The notes beneath the pieces were generated by a model. The model did no database searches, had not been told where the DNA came from, and saw only the letters and a program-made list of their open reading frames with translations. Shown here piece by piece: positions 31,101 to 41,500 of a stretch of DNA of 64,000 bases. This stretch comes from Candidatus Limnocylindrales bacterium. GTDB lineage: Bacteria; Chloroflexota; Limnocylindria; Limnocylindrales; CSP1-4. The stretch lies in NCBI GenBank assembly GCA_038319665.1, contig JBBQDL010000006.1:2967-66966 (forward strand), given 5' to 3'. Made by a program: the position numbers and the translations under genes. Position 1 is the stretch's first letter. Every line of letters begins with the position of its first letter.

Positions 31101-32168
31101 ATGATCCGTTCGATCCGACGACCCGCCAGCGGGCTCGCCACCGCCTTCGCCGCCGCACTGCTCGTCATCGCCGTCTCCGCCGGGCCGGCGTTCGCGTGCG
31201 GCGGTCTCATCGGACCGAACGGCGCGGTCAACCTGCTCCAGACGACGACGCTGGCCGCGTACCACGATGGTCAGGAGCACTACGTCACGGCCTTCAAGTT
31301 CGCCGGTGGTGGCGGAGCGTTCGGATCGTTGACGCCGCTCCCCGGGGTGCCGTCGAGCGTCGAGAAGGGCGGCGACTGGACGCTCCAGCGCCTGGTCCGC
31401 GAGACGGAGCCCTTGCGCCTCTTCGCGGCGGACGCCGCCGTCCCTGCGGCCGCCGGCGCGGCGGAGGAACTCCTCAAGGTCAGGATCGACGCCCTGGACA
31501 TCACGGTCCTGCGCGGCGGACCCACCGCGGTCGGCGCGTGGGCGACCCAGCATGGCTTCCGGCTCCCGCCGGACGCGCCCGAGGTGCTCGATTTCTACGC
31601 CGCTCGCTCGCCCATCTTCCTGGCCGCCGTCTTCGACGCGAATGCCGCCGCCCAGCGTGGCCAGGCGGTCGGCGACGGGACGCCGGTCCACATCACGATC
31701 CCGACCGACAACCCGTGGGTGCCGCTCCGGATCCTGGCGCTCGGCAAGACCGCGACCGAGCGGGTCAACGCCAGCGTGTACCTCCTGACCGACCGGACGC
31801 CCGCCCTGCTGCCGGCACCGACCGGCGACAATGGCCTCTCCCTCGGTCATAGCGCGGCCGCGACGGCCTCCCTCTTGAACGACCTGCGCTCGGATCGCGG
31901 GATGGGCTGGATCCCGACGTCGGCCTGGCTGACCAATGTCGACATCGATGCGGCCGCGCCGCAGCTCGGGTTCGACCTCGCGATCGACGCCTCCGGTGCC
32001 GGCGCGCCGTCGCGAGTGATGGCCGGTCTGGACCTGCCCGGCGCCGTCGTGCCCCCCGACCGGACGATCGAGACGATGCGGATCGTGCTGGGTGTCGTCC
32101 TCACGGTCTTCGGCATCGGCGGGATCCTCCTCCTCGCTCGGCGCCGGCCGCCGCTCTCGATGGCGTGA
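31101..32168 (+). CDS. DUF2330-like secreted, membrane-anchored protein
   Basis: Signal peptide ending AFA-CGG, C-terminal TM helix; GGAG RBS. Confidence 0.65.
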   Translation: MIRSIRRPASGLATAFAAALLVIAVSAGPAFACGGLIGPNGAVNLLQTTTLAAYHDGQEHYVTAFKFAGGGGAFGSLTPLPGVPSSVEKGGDWTLQRLVRETEPLRLFAADAAVPAAAGAAEELLKVRIDALDITVLRGGPTAVGAWATQHGFRLPPDAPEVLDFYAARSPIFLAAVFDANAAAQRGQAVGDGTPVHITIPTDNPWVPLRILALGKTATERVNASVYLLTDRTPALLPAPTGDNGLSLGHSAAATASLLNDLRSDRGMGWIPTSAWLTNVDIDAAAPQLGFDLAIDASGAGAPSRVMAGLDLPGAVVPPDRTIETMRIVLGVVLTVFGIGGILLLARRRPPLSMA

Positions 32169-32638
32169 CGGGACGAACGGTGAAGGCTGTGGCGGACCAT
32201 CGATCCGTGCATCGCCGGCTGGGGCGGCTCGCCCTGGTCGGCGGCATCGCCCTCTCGCTCGGTCTCGCCGGGATGGCTGCCGCCTGGGCTCACGCGCCCG
32301 GCCTTGCATCGGTCGGCGTCGAGATCGGGATCCACTTCTCGCACTACCAGCGAAGCCTGGTGACCGTCCCGGCCGGGGTCCGCGTCACGTTCGTCCTGCG
32401 CAACGACGACCCGATCGATCACGAGTGGATCGTCGGTGACGCGGCCCTCCACGAGCGCCACCGGACGGGGACGGAGCCGGTCCACGATTCGCGCCCGACG
32501 GAGGTGACCATCCCGGCCGGCACGACCCGTGCCACGACCATCACGTTCGATACGCCAGGTACCTACCTGTATATCTGCCATCTCCCGGGCCACGAGGCAT
32601 ACGGGATGGTCGGCACGCTGGTCGTGACCGGCAGCTGA
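32165..32638 (+). CDS. Cupredoxin (blue copper) domain protein
   Basis: DHEW and CHLPGHEAYGM type-1 copper ligands; GTGA overlap with previous gene. Confidence 0.88.
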   Translation: MTGRTVKAVADHRSVHRRLGRLALVGGIALSLGLAGMAAAWAHAPGLASVGVEIGIHFSHYQRSLVTVPAGVRVTFVLRNDDPIDHEWIVGDAALHERHRTGTEPVHDSRPTEVTIPAGTTRATTITFDTPGTYLYICHLPGHEAYGMVGTLVVTGS

Positions 32639-32668
32639 CCCCGGCCCCGCGCCGGTATCCTCGCGGGG

Positions 32669-34411
32669 ATGCGTCCTCTGCCCGCCCCATTCGACGACAT
32701 CGCGGCCGGGCGCCCCGCCTCGATCGCGCTGGCGGGCCCGGCGCTGCTCGGCAGCCGCCTACTGACAAAGGACCTGGCATTCGACGACGCCGAGCGCGAC
32801 GCCTTCCGATTGCGCGGCCTCCTGCCCGATCGGATCCTGACGATCGAGGAGCAGATCGAACTCGAACTCGAGCACCTCCGCCGCAAGGACGACGCGCTCG
32901 AGCGCTACATCGGGATGGCGGCGCTCCAGAACCGCAACGCGACGCTGTTCTACCGGCTCCTCGCCGAACACCTCGAGGAATTCCTGCCGATCGTGTACAC
33001 GCCAACGGTGGGTCGGGCGGTCGAGGAGTTCAGCCACATCATCCGGCGGACCCGCGAGGTCTGGATCACGCCGGAGGACCGCGACCGCATCCCGCAGCTC
33101 CTGCGCCAGGGTCCCTACGACGATGTCCGGCTCATCGTCGTCACCGACAACGAACGGATCCTGGGGCTCGGCGACCAGGGCGCCGGCGGGATGGCGATCC
33201 CGATCGGGAAGCTGGCGCTCTACACGGCCGCCAGCGGGATCCACCCGGCACTCACGCTCCCGGTCTCGCTCGACGTCGGGACCGACAACCCCGCGCTCCT
33301 GGCCGACCCGCTCTACCTCGGGCATCGCGCCCCGCGCCTCCGTGGGCCCGAGTACGACGCGCTGGTCGAGGCCTTCGTCGAGGGGGTGGCCGAGGTCTGG
33401 CCCGGTTGCATCATCCAGTGGGAGGACTTCAAGCAGGCCAACGCGCTGGGGATCCTCGATCGCTACCGGTCATGTGTCCCGTCCTTCAACGACGACATCC
33501 AGGGAACGGCGGCGGTCGTCGTCGGCGGCGTCCTGGCTGGGCTGCGCGGTCTCGGTAGCGACCTCGCGGCCACGCGGGTCGTGCTGGTCGGTGCCGGGGC
33601 GGCCGGGATCGGGATCGCCCGCCTGCTCCGCCTGGCGATGCTCGAGGACGGGATGGCCGAGACCGATGTCCGGCGCGCCCTCGTCCTCGTCGACTCGCAG
33701 GGGCAGGTCCACGACCGGCGCGAGGATCTTGACCACACCAAGCGCGAGTTGGCGCTGCCCAGCGCAGCCTTCACCGACTACGGCTTCGGGACCGAGTTCC
33801 CGGCGCTCGTCGAGACGATCGAGCGCGTCCGGCCGACGGTCCTGGTCGGGACGACCGGGGTGGGCGGCACGTTCGACGAACCGGTCCTCCGCGCGCTGGC
33901 GGCCGGGACCGATCGGCCCATCGTGCTGGCGCTCTCCAATCCGACCTCCGCGGCGGAGGCCACCCCGATCGACGTGCTGCGCTGGACTGACGGCCGGGCG
34001 TTCGTCGCGACCGGCTCCCCATTCGACGATGTCGACGTCGACGGGCGCCGGCGCGCGATCGGCCAGGCCAACAACGTGTTCGTCTTCCCGGGCCTCGGGT
34101 TGGGCGCCATCGCCGCCGAGGCCGGATCCATCACCGATCGGATGTTCCTGCTGGCCGCCCGGACGCTGGCCGATGCCGTCTCCGACGACCGCCTGGCCGA
34201 TGGCGCGATCTACCCGCCGGTCGGAGACCTGCGCGCGGTGACCCGGGCGATCGCGACCGGCGTCGCGCGCGAGGCCGTCGACGACGGGCTTGCCGGGATC
34301 TCGCCGGATGAGGAGATCGAACCGTTGATCGATCGCGCGATGTGGTGGCCGGCCTATGTCCCCTACACGCCTGCGCGTTCGGCCGAGCGCAGGCGAGTGA
34401 CCGAGACGTGA
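32669..34411 (+). CDS. maeA: NAD-dependent malic enzyme
   Basis: VYTPTVG, ERILGLGDQG, QWEDF, FNDDIQGTA, LSNPT, QANN..FPG. Confidence 0.93.
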   Translation: MRPLPAPFDDIAAGRPASIALAGPALLGSRLLTKDLAFDDAERDAFRLRGLLPDRILTIEEQIELELEHLRRKDDALERYIGMAALQNRNATLFYRLLAEHLEEFLPIVYTPTVGRAVEEFSHIIRRTREVWITPEDRDRIPQLLRQGPYDDVRLIVVTDNERILGLGDQGAGGMAIPIGKLALYTAASGIHPALTLPVSLDVGTDNPALLADPLYLGHRAPRLRGPEYDALVEAFVEGVAEVWPGCIIQWEDFKQANALGILDRYRSCVPSFNDDIQGTAAVVVGGVLAGLRGLGSDLAATRVVLVGAGAAGIGIARLLRLAMLEDGMAETDVRRALVLVDSQGQVHDRREDLDHTKRELALPSAAFTDYGFGTEFPALVETIERVRPTVLVGTTGVGGTFDEPVLRALAAGTDRPIVLALSNPTSAAEATPIDVLRWTDGRAFVATGSPFDDVDVDGRRRAIGQANNVFVFPGLGLGAIAAEAGSITDRMFLLAARTLADAVSDDRLADGAIYPPVGDLRAVTRAIATGVAREAVDDGLAGISPDEEIEPLIDRAMWWPAYVPYTPARSAERRRVTET

Positions 34412-35517
34412 CGACGGCCCGGGCCGTGGTCCTGCGCACCATCGGGGAACCTACCGCGATCGAGGAGCTCGGCGTCGGCGCGCCCCGTGCCGGTGAGGTC
34501 CGGGTCCGGATCCTTGCCTCGGGTGTCTGCCATTCGGACCTCCACGTCCGCGACGGGGAGTGGCCGCGCCCGACGCCGATCGTGATGGGTCACGAGGGCG
34601 CCGGGGTCGTCGACGCCATCGGGCCGGGCGTGCGCTCGCTCTCCGTCGGGCAGCCGGTCGCCCTGTCGTGGCTCGTCCCATGCGGGATCTGCCGGTCGTG
34701 TCGGGCCGGACGTCCGTGGGCGTGCCCGGATTCGCCCTCGTTCCGCCACCGCCTCCCGGACGGCGCCACGGTCATGATCGACGGCGTCGGTGCCCCGCTG
34801 TTCTCCTATTGCGGGATCGGGACGATGGCCGACACGACCGTCGTCCCCGAGGCGGCAGCGATCGCCCTCCCGGACGGCGTGGATCCGGCGGTCGCGGCGC
34901 TCATCGGCTGCTGCGTCTCGACAGGGGTCGGGGCGGTGCTCAAGACGGCCGAGGTGCCGGCGGGCGCGAGCGTCGCGGTCATCGGGCTCGGGGGCGTCGG
35001 GTTGTCATGCGTCATGGGCGCGGCGCACGCGGGTGCGGCACGGATCGTCGCCATCGACCGCGTTCCGGACAAGCTCGACGCGGCGATCGAGGTGGGGGCC
35101 ACGAACGGGCTGCTCGCCGGGGACGACGACAGCGCGACGATCGAGGGGCTGCGCGAGCTGACGGACGGTGGCCCGGACTTCGTCTTCGAGGCGATCGGCC
35201 GGGTCGCGACGGTCCAACTCGCGATCGAGTGCCTGCCGCCGGGCGGGACGGCGGTCCTGGTCGGGATGACACCGTTCGAGGCGCGGGCCTCGTTCGCGGT
35301 CTATCCGCTGGTCGACGGCAGCCGCCGGATCCTCGGCTCGAACTACGGTTTTGCCGACCCGCCCGTCGATTTCCCGCGGTATGCCGAGCTCCACCTGGCG
35401 GGTCACCTTCCGGTCGAGCGGCTCATCGACCGGCGGATCGGACTCGACGACGTCGAGGACGCGTTCGATCGCCTTCGCGCGGGCGTCGGGCGCCGCCAGG
35501 TGATCGTCTTCGACTGA
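34408..35517 (+). CDS. Zinc-dependent alcohol dehydrogenase
   Basis: GVCHSD, GHEGAG, CGICRSC..C, GLGGVG; GTGA overlap. Confidence 0.92.
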   Translation: MTTARAVVLRTIGEPTAIEELGVGAPRAGEVRVRILASGVCHSDLHVRDGEWPRPTPIVMGHEGAGVVDAIGPGVRSLSVGQPVALSWLVPCGICRSCRAGRPWACPDSPSFRHRLPDGATVMIDGVGAPLFSYCGIGTMADTTVVPEAAAIALPDGVDPAVAALIGCCVSTGVGAVLKTAEVPAGASVAVIGLGGVGLSCVMGAAHAGAARIVAIDRVPDKLDAAIEVGATNGLLAGDDDSATIEGLRELTDGGPDFVFEAIGRVATVQLAIECLPPGGTAVLVGMTPFEARASFAVYPLVDGSRRILGSNYGFADPPVDFPRYAELHLAGHLPVERLIDRRIGLDDVEDAFDRLRAGVGRRQVIVFD

Positions 35518-35523
35518 GTCCGG

Positions 35524-36273
35524 TCAGCCGCCCGTGCCACCCGCGGCGGGCGCCCCGGAAGTCGTCGGAGCGGGGCGCGCGGCCCGGAGTCGGCCGTCGG
35601 CAAGGTTCTGCTGCAGCCTCGCCAGGATCCGGTCCTCGCGGGCCTGCTTGATCGTGCCGGCCGTGACCGCCGCATCGAGATCCGCCTTTACGGCCGCCAA
35701 GACGGCTGCCGACACGGTCGCATACGGGACGCCCTTGCCCGTGGCGATGTCCTTGAGCGTCTTCCCGCCTCGGAGGCTGGCGCCCAGCTCGGCCGGCGTG
35801 ATCCCGAGCGCCTTCGCGGCGGCGGACAGCCCATCCTTTGCGACACCGAGCCCGGGCCTGCCTGCTCCGCCCGGGCCAGCCGCAGCGACACGAGCGATCC
35901 GCCCGGCCAGGAGCGCACAACCATCGCCGGAAGCCGCCTCGACCCGTGCCTTGAGCTTGTCAGCCCGATCCTTCGGGATCTGGCCGGCGGCGACGGCCGC
36001 ATCGATCGTGGAGATCGCGGCCGCCTTGGCGGCGGGCGCCAGTGCCGATTCGTCCACGCCGAGGTTGGCGGCGAACGCCTTCCGGAACGCGGCGCAGGCT
36101 TCGGCCGCCTTCGCCGCGGTCGGCGTGCCAGCGCTCGGGCCCGCCTGGCCCGCGTCGGCGGAGATCGTCGGGCGTTGGGCCGTGGCGGCCGCGACCGAAC
36201 CGATGATCGTGCCGCCGACCAGGGCCGTCACGATGAGGAGTGCGGCCATCCCCGCGAGTCGGAACCTGGACAT
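35524..36273 (-). CDS. Secreted Ala-rich helical hypothetical protein
   Basis: Signal peptide; repeated IDAAVAAGQI/LDAAVTAGTI; GKTLKDIA; divergent from a two-component pair. Confidence 0.75.
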   Translation of the reverse strand: MSRFRLAGMAALLIVTALVGGTIIGSVAAATAQRPTISADAGQAGPSAGTPTAAKAAEACAAFRKAFAANLGVDESALAPAAKAAAISTIDAAVAAGQIPKDRADKLKARVEAASGDGCALLAGRIARVAAAGPGGAGRPGLGVAKDGLSAAAKALGITPAELGASLRGGKTLKDIATGKGVPYATVSAAVLAAVKADLDAAVTAGTIKQAREDRILARLQQNLADGRLRAARPAPTTSGAPAAGGTGG

Positions 36274-36411
36274 CGTCGTGCATCCTTCGCGTGCTGCGCG
36301 GCTGGTGGGTCGCGTCGTGTCCGCCACCTTCGGGCGGCCAGGTCAAGAACGTATGTGGAAATCGAGCGGTCTTCACGATTCCTTGACCAGCGCCCGGCTA
36401 GGATGCATCCC

Positions 36412-37167
36412 ATGGTCGCCCGAGCGCGGATCCTTGTGGTCGAGGACGAGCCGCGCCTCGGCGAGATCCTGCGGCTCTATCTCGAACGCGAGGGCCACCA
36501 CGTCACGGTCGTGACCGATGGGCGCGCGGCCATCGCCGCGGTCGATGCCGACCCGGTCGATCTCGTCGTCCTCGACCTGATGCTGCCGGGCGTCGGCGGC
36601 GAGGCGGTCCTGACCGCGATCCGCGAGCGGGGCGAGACGCCGGTCCTGATCGCCTCGGCCAAGCGCAGCGATTCGGAACGGATCTCGGGCCTGCGGATGG
36701 GCGCCGACGACTACCTTGCCAAGCCGTTCAATCCGCATGAGCTGACCGCGCGGGTGGCCGCGGTCCTGCGCCGCAGCCGGGGCGGCGCGGGTCCGGGCAG
36801 CGGGATGGCCGACCCGAGCGCCGACGCGTCGCCGCTCTCGTTCGCCGGCGGTCGCCTCATCATCGAGCCCTCCAGCCGGCGCTACACGCTCAAGGCGGAA
36901 GGCCCTGCGCCGGCGACCCGCGGACGGCTGACGCCGGGGGAGCTCGGGCTCCTGGCCGCGCTCGCCCGCCGGCCCGGCGCGGTCCTCAGTCGTGACCAGC
37001 TGCTCGAGGCCGTCACGCGCCGCCCCGATGAGGTCTTCGACCGGGTCATCGACGTCCATGTCGCGAACCTCCGGCGCAAGCTGGGCGACGACGCCGGCCA
37101 GCCTTGGCTGATCGAGACGATCCCGCAGACCGGCTACCGGCTCGTCGCGGAGCGGGACCCCGCGTGA
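36412..37167 (+). CDS. OmpR family response regulator
   Basis: VEDEP, LDLMLP, GADDYLAKPF, DVHVANLRRKL. Confidence 0.93.
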   Translation: MVARARILVVEDEPRLGEILRLYLEREGHHVTVVTDGRAAIAAVDADPVDLVVLDLMLPGVGGEAVLTAIRERGETPVLIASAKRSDSERISGLRMGADDYLAKPFNPHELTARVAAVLRRSRGGAGPGSGMADPSADASPLSFAGGRLIIEPSSRRYTLKAEGPAPATRGRLTPGELGLLAALARRPGAVLSRDQLLEAVTRRPDEVFDRVIDVHVANLRRKLGDDAGQPWLIETIPQTGYRLVAERDPA

Positions 37168-38537
37168 GCGAGCCGGCCGTCCCCGCTGCCGTCGCAGCAC
37201 CGCCGCGGACCCGCCGGTCGCTGGCGTGGCGGATCGGGTTGCTCCTCGGTGTCGTGGTCATCGCCGTCCTGCTGCTGATCGGGATCGTCGTCAACCGCGT
37301 CGTCATCAACAGCTATGAGACCGTGCTCACGGGCCAGCAGCAGCAGCGTCTCGACGACGCGGCGGTCACGCTGGCCGATCGCCTCAGTCGCCCGGTCGGA
37401 CTGGCGCGCGCCCAGGCGCTCGTCATGCGCCTGGCGACCTCGCTCGGAGGCGAGGTCCGGGTCATCGCCACCGACGGCACGACACTCGCCGCGTTCGGCC
37501 GGGCACCGACCGGTGACCAGAGCCGCTACACCGCCCCGGTCTCGCTCAACGGACAGGTCCTAGCCACGCTCGAGGCCGATCTGCCGGCCCGCGCGGGCGA
37601 CTCCGGTTTCCTGCCACTCTTCAACGTCACCCTTGCGGTCGCCGGGTTGGTGAGCGTGCTCGTGATCGTGATCGCATCGGCCTCGATCGCGGGCCGGTTG
37701 ACCCGGCCACTCCACGATGTGGCCGCCGCCGCGCGGCGTCTCGAGGCCGGCGATCCCACGGCGAGGGCGACCGGCGGTGACGATCGCGAGTCGAGCGAGT
37801 TGGCCGAATCCTTCAACGCGATGGCCGACCGGCTCGAGCGCTCGGAGATGCTCCGAAGGCGCGCGGCGAGTGACATCGCACACGACCTCGCGACGCCGGC
37901 CACGGTCCTCGAATCGCAGCTCCAAGCGATGATCGACGGCGTCGTCCCCAACGACGTGGCTGGTCTCGAGGCTGCACGGTCGGCGGCAGCCGCGCTCGGC
38001 GGCGTCGTCGCCGACATCGACGACCTGGCTCGCGCCGAGGCGGCACCGCTCCAGGCGAGGCCCGCGGCCGTCGATCTGACCACGGCGATCCCGGAGATCG
38101 CGCTCGCGATCGATGGCCCGCGCCGGGAGCGGTCGGCCCGGCTCGATGTGTCGGTCGCGCCCGGGACGGTCGCCTGGGCGGATCCGGGTCACCTCGCGCG
38201 CGCCGTCCGGAACGTCGTTGCGAACGCCCTATCCCACAATCCGGCGGGCGGCGTCGTGACGGTCACCGCCGGGCGCGAGGGCAATGCCGTCCGGATCCGG
38301 GTCACGGACCAGGGGCCCGGCATCGCGCCCGACGACGTGAGCCACGTCTTCGAGCGGTTCTACCGTGCCGACACCTCCCGTGCGACCGACCCCGCGACGG
38401 GGCGCCCGACCGGCCTCGGGCTCGGTCTCACCATCGCGCGAGAGCTCCTGGCGGCCAGTGGCGGCCGGATCGGCGTGGAGCGGACGGGGCCCGAGGGCAC
38501 GACGTTCCTGCTGGAGATCCCCGCGCTCGTTCGTTAG
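37164..38537 (+). CDS. HAMP-domain sensor histidine kinase
   Basis: AHDLATP, NVVANAL, DQGPGI, GLGLGL. Confidence 0.92.
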   Translation: MSEPAVPAAVAAPPRTRRSLAWRIGLLLGVVVIAVLLLIGIVVNRVVINSYETVLTGQQQQRLDDAAVTLADRLSRPVGLARAQALVMRLATSLGGEVRVIATDGTTLAAFGRAPTGDQSRYTAPVSLNGQVLATLEADLPARAGDSGFLPLFNVTLAVAGLVSVLVIVIASASIAGRLTRPLHDVAAAARRLEAGDPTARATGGDDRESSELAESFNAMADRLERSEMLRRRAASDIAHDLATPATVLESQLQAMIDGVVPNDVAGLEAARSAAAALGGVVADIDDLARAEAAPLQARPAAVDLTTAIPEIALAIDGPRRERSARLDVSVAPGTVAWADPGHLARAVRNVVANALSHNPAGGVVTVTAGREGNAVRIRVTDQGPGIAPDDVSHVFERFYRADTSRATDPATGRPTGLGLGLTIARELLAASGGRIGVERTGPEGTTFLLEIPALVR

Positions 38538-38564
38538 GGGCGCGCGGATCGCCGAACGGGCGCC

Positions 38565-41500
38565 TCAGCGGAACACGACCCCGCCGAGATAGACGCGATC
38601 AGGCGACAGCCCGAGGACCGTGGAGGCGGCGCTCACGGCTGTCCGCGCACCAGGCCGCAGCGTGGTCGCCCCGACGGACGGACGTATGGCATCGAGGATG
38701 TTCCCGCGGGCGTCGTAGAGGGTCACGGCAAGCCGCAGGCTCGTGACGGTCGTAGTGTATGGATTGCTGGCCCATCCGGTCAGCAGCCACTGGCCGGCCG
38801 TGTTCCGATACGACCTGACGACGGTTCGGAGCGGCAGACCGAGCCGCCGCGAGGTCGCGGGCGCGCTGATCGTGAAGGTCACGTGGTGGTAGCCCGTCGG
38901 CCGCGCCCCGGAGATCACGAACGGTGACCGGCCATTGACCCGCAGGTACGGCAGGGTGGTCGTAGCCTGGCGGGTGGCGAGCAGATGGTTCGACGCATCG
39001 TAGATCCGCGCCGTCACGACCACGGGCCCGACCGTCCGTGTCGTGTTATTGAAGACCTCGCCCACCAGGCGCAGCGTGCTGCCGATGACCCATGCTCGCG
39101 TCGAGAGGATGTGGACCGAGTTCGGCATCGCCTTCATCAAGAGCGCGTACGAAGGCGTCGATGAGGTTCCGCTGCCGGAGAGTCGGACGGCGTAGGTCCC
39201 GGCCGGGAGCGAACGGATGATCTCCTCGGTATGCGAACCGGGCGAATCGGAGACCTGGAGCAGCGTGCTGCAGCCCTGGTAGAGCTCCAGGCGTCCAGCG
39301 ACCGCAAGATCGCCCAGCACGATCCGGACGCTCGTCTTCGCCTTCAGGCTGAAGCGGTACCAGTCGACATCCCCGGCCTTGCCGAACCGGCCGCCCTGCC
39401 AGGCGCCGGTCGGGCTCGTGGCTGCCGAGGCGCCGGCGCAGGTGTCCGATGCATCCGTGAAGGTCGTCCTGGCGAATGTAGCGGTCACCGCCGTATTGCC
39501 GCTGACTCCGACGCCATGCGTCCGCGCCCCACTATCCGACCACGACTGGAAGCTCCAGTTGTCTTCGCCGATCACCGCGCTGACAGGCGCCGAGACGCCG
39601 ATCTGCGAACCCACGATCGCGGTCGCCGACGGCGGTGGCGCGCCGGTCGAGGCGCCGACCGTGATGGGGATGCCGGCCGGGGAGCTCACTGCGCTGACCG
39701 TGCCGGTCTTCGGCTGCAACTCGACGATCGCGCTTGCCGTCAGGCCGCCGCTGTCGGTCACCGTCACGCTCAACTCGAGATGCGACGGGTATTCGTGGTC
39801 GGGCGCGTCGAACGTCCCGGACTTGATCCCCGTGAAGGTCTGGATGATGTGGGTGTGGCAATTCGACGGACAGTGGATCATGTTCAGGCTCCACGAGTAC
39901 GCGGAGGCGGGCAGCGGCCCGTCCTGGGGATCGGTCCCCGTCGCACTGAACGGGATCTTGTCACCGACCTTCCAGGTCAGCGATGCGCTCGGCGTGTCGA
40001 TCGTCACCGCCGGCGGGGAATTCCCGACCGAGATCGTGTGCGTGGTGGTCGATGCTGCGGACAGCGGGTCGGTGACCTTCAACCCGACAGGCACGTCGCC
40101 GACGGCGTTGTAGGTGCGCGATGCGGTGCGGCCGATCGCGTCGTCGTACAGCCCGTCGCCATTCAGGTCCCAGGCGTAGGTCAGGGTGTCGCCATTGGCA
40201 TCGCTGGAAGAACTCGCGTCGAACTGGACCACGAGGGGCGCCGCCCCGGACGACGGCGTCGCGGTGAATCGCGCGACGGGCGGGACGTTGGCCCCGTAGT
40301 AGTGGACCTTCCGGATCTCGCCGCGATCGTAATCCACGTACACCAGGTCGCCGTCAGGGCCGGCCGTGAGGAACACGGCGCCGCCGCACTTGGCATCGCC
40401 GGTGGCGGTCGCCGGGCAGGTGCCGTCGCCGCGCCGAAGGTTCACGAACCGGACCATGGCCGACTGATCAGGTTGCCCGCCTGCGCCGGCCGGGATCTCC
40501 CAGATGCAGCGTCGCGAGTAGTCGCTGAAGAACAACGCCCCGTCGTCGGCGGCCGGGTAATGACTGGTCGTCGGGACGAACGCGATCCCCGAGATGCTCG
40601 AGCTGCCCGACCCGCAACCGTCGCCAGTGACGACGGCGGCGCTGTGCCGGTAGGCGTAGAACGGGGTAGCGACCGCGGCTGGGGCAAGGTTGTCGCAGAT
40701 CGAGACGTGGAGATTGCTGAAGAACGGGAGCGTGGCCGGGCCCTCCCAGCAGGGCCAGCCGAAGTTGGTCGGCGGGTTGCTCGGGTCCGTCAGGTGGTCG
40801 ATCTCCTCCCACGTATTGAAGCCCACATCGCCGATCCACACGTCCTTCGTTCCAGGCTGGATGGTCATGCGCAACGGGTTGCGCAACCCGTACGCGATGA
40901 TCCGCCGGGCGTTCGCCTCGCTGTCGGCGTGGTTCGCGTTCGTGGGCCAGCCGGCTCCGGTCGCCGGGTCGATCCGCAAGACCGTGCCATCGAGACCCGT
41001 CGGGTCGCTCCGCGTGCGTATGTCCTGGGCGCGGAGCGAGCCGCCCTCGGCCGATGGGGGCGTGGGGGCCACGCCTACGCCGCCGGGCGGATCGCCGCAC
41101 GGATTGACCGGGGTGGGTGTGTTCTGCAGGGAGCCCCCGAACTCACCGTAGTCCGGCGTGGTGCTGTTGAAGCTGGCCCCGTCGCCGGCCGTGACATACA
41201 GCGCGCCCTCGGGCCCGAATGCGAGGTTGCCGAGTGAGTGGCTGGGGAATTGCTGGCACCAATCCTCGATCAGCACATGCTCGACGCCATCCCACGAGCC
41301 ATTGCTCTGGGCAGCCAGGCGCGACAATCGGCCAGAGATGACGCAACCATCCCCGGTGGCCTGAGGCGGGTTGGGACATCGGTCGTCGTATACGCTGCCG
41401 CCGATCGTGTCGGCGGACGGCCAACGCGGCGCCGCGGCCGGGTCACCCAGGATGTGGTTGTAGTCGTACAGGACGTAGACGTAGGGCTTGGTCGGAAAGT

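Noticed and set aside
40874-40891. Perfect palindrome ACGGGTTGCGCAACCCGT sharing the TTGCGCAA core of the candidate parS
   Set aside because: Encodes the conserved YGLRNP motif, flanks do not match, and it is 36 kb from parAB.
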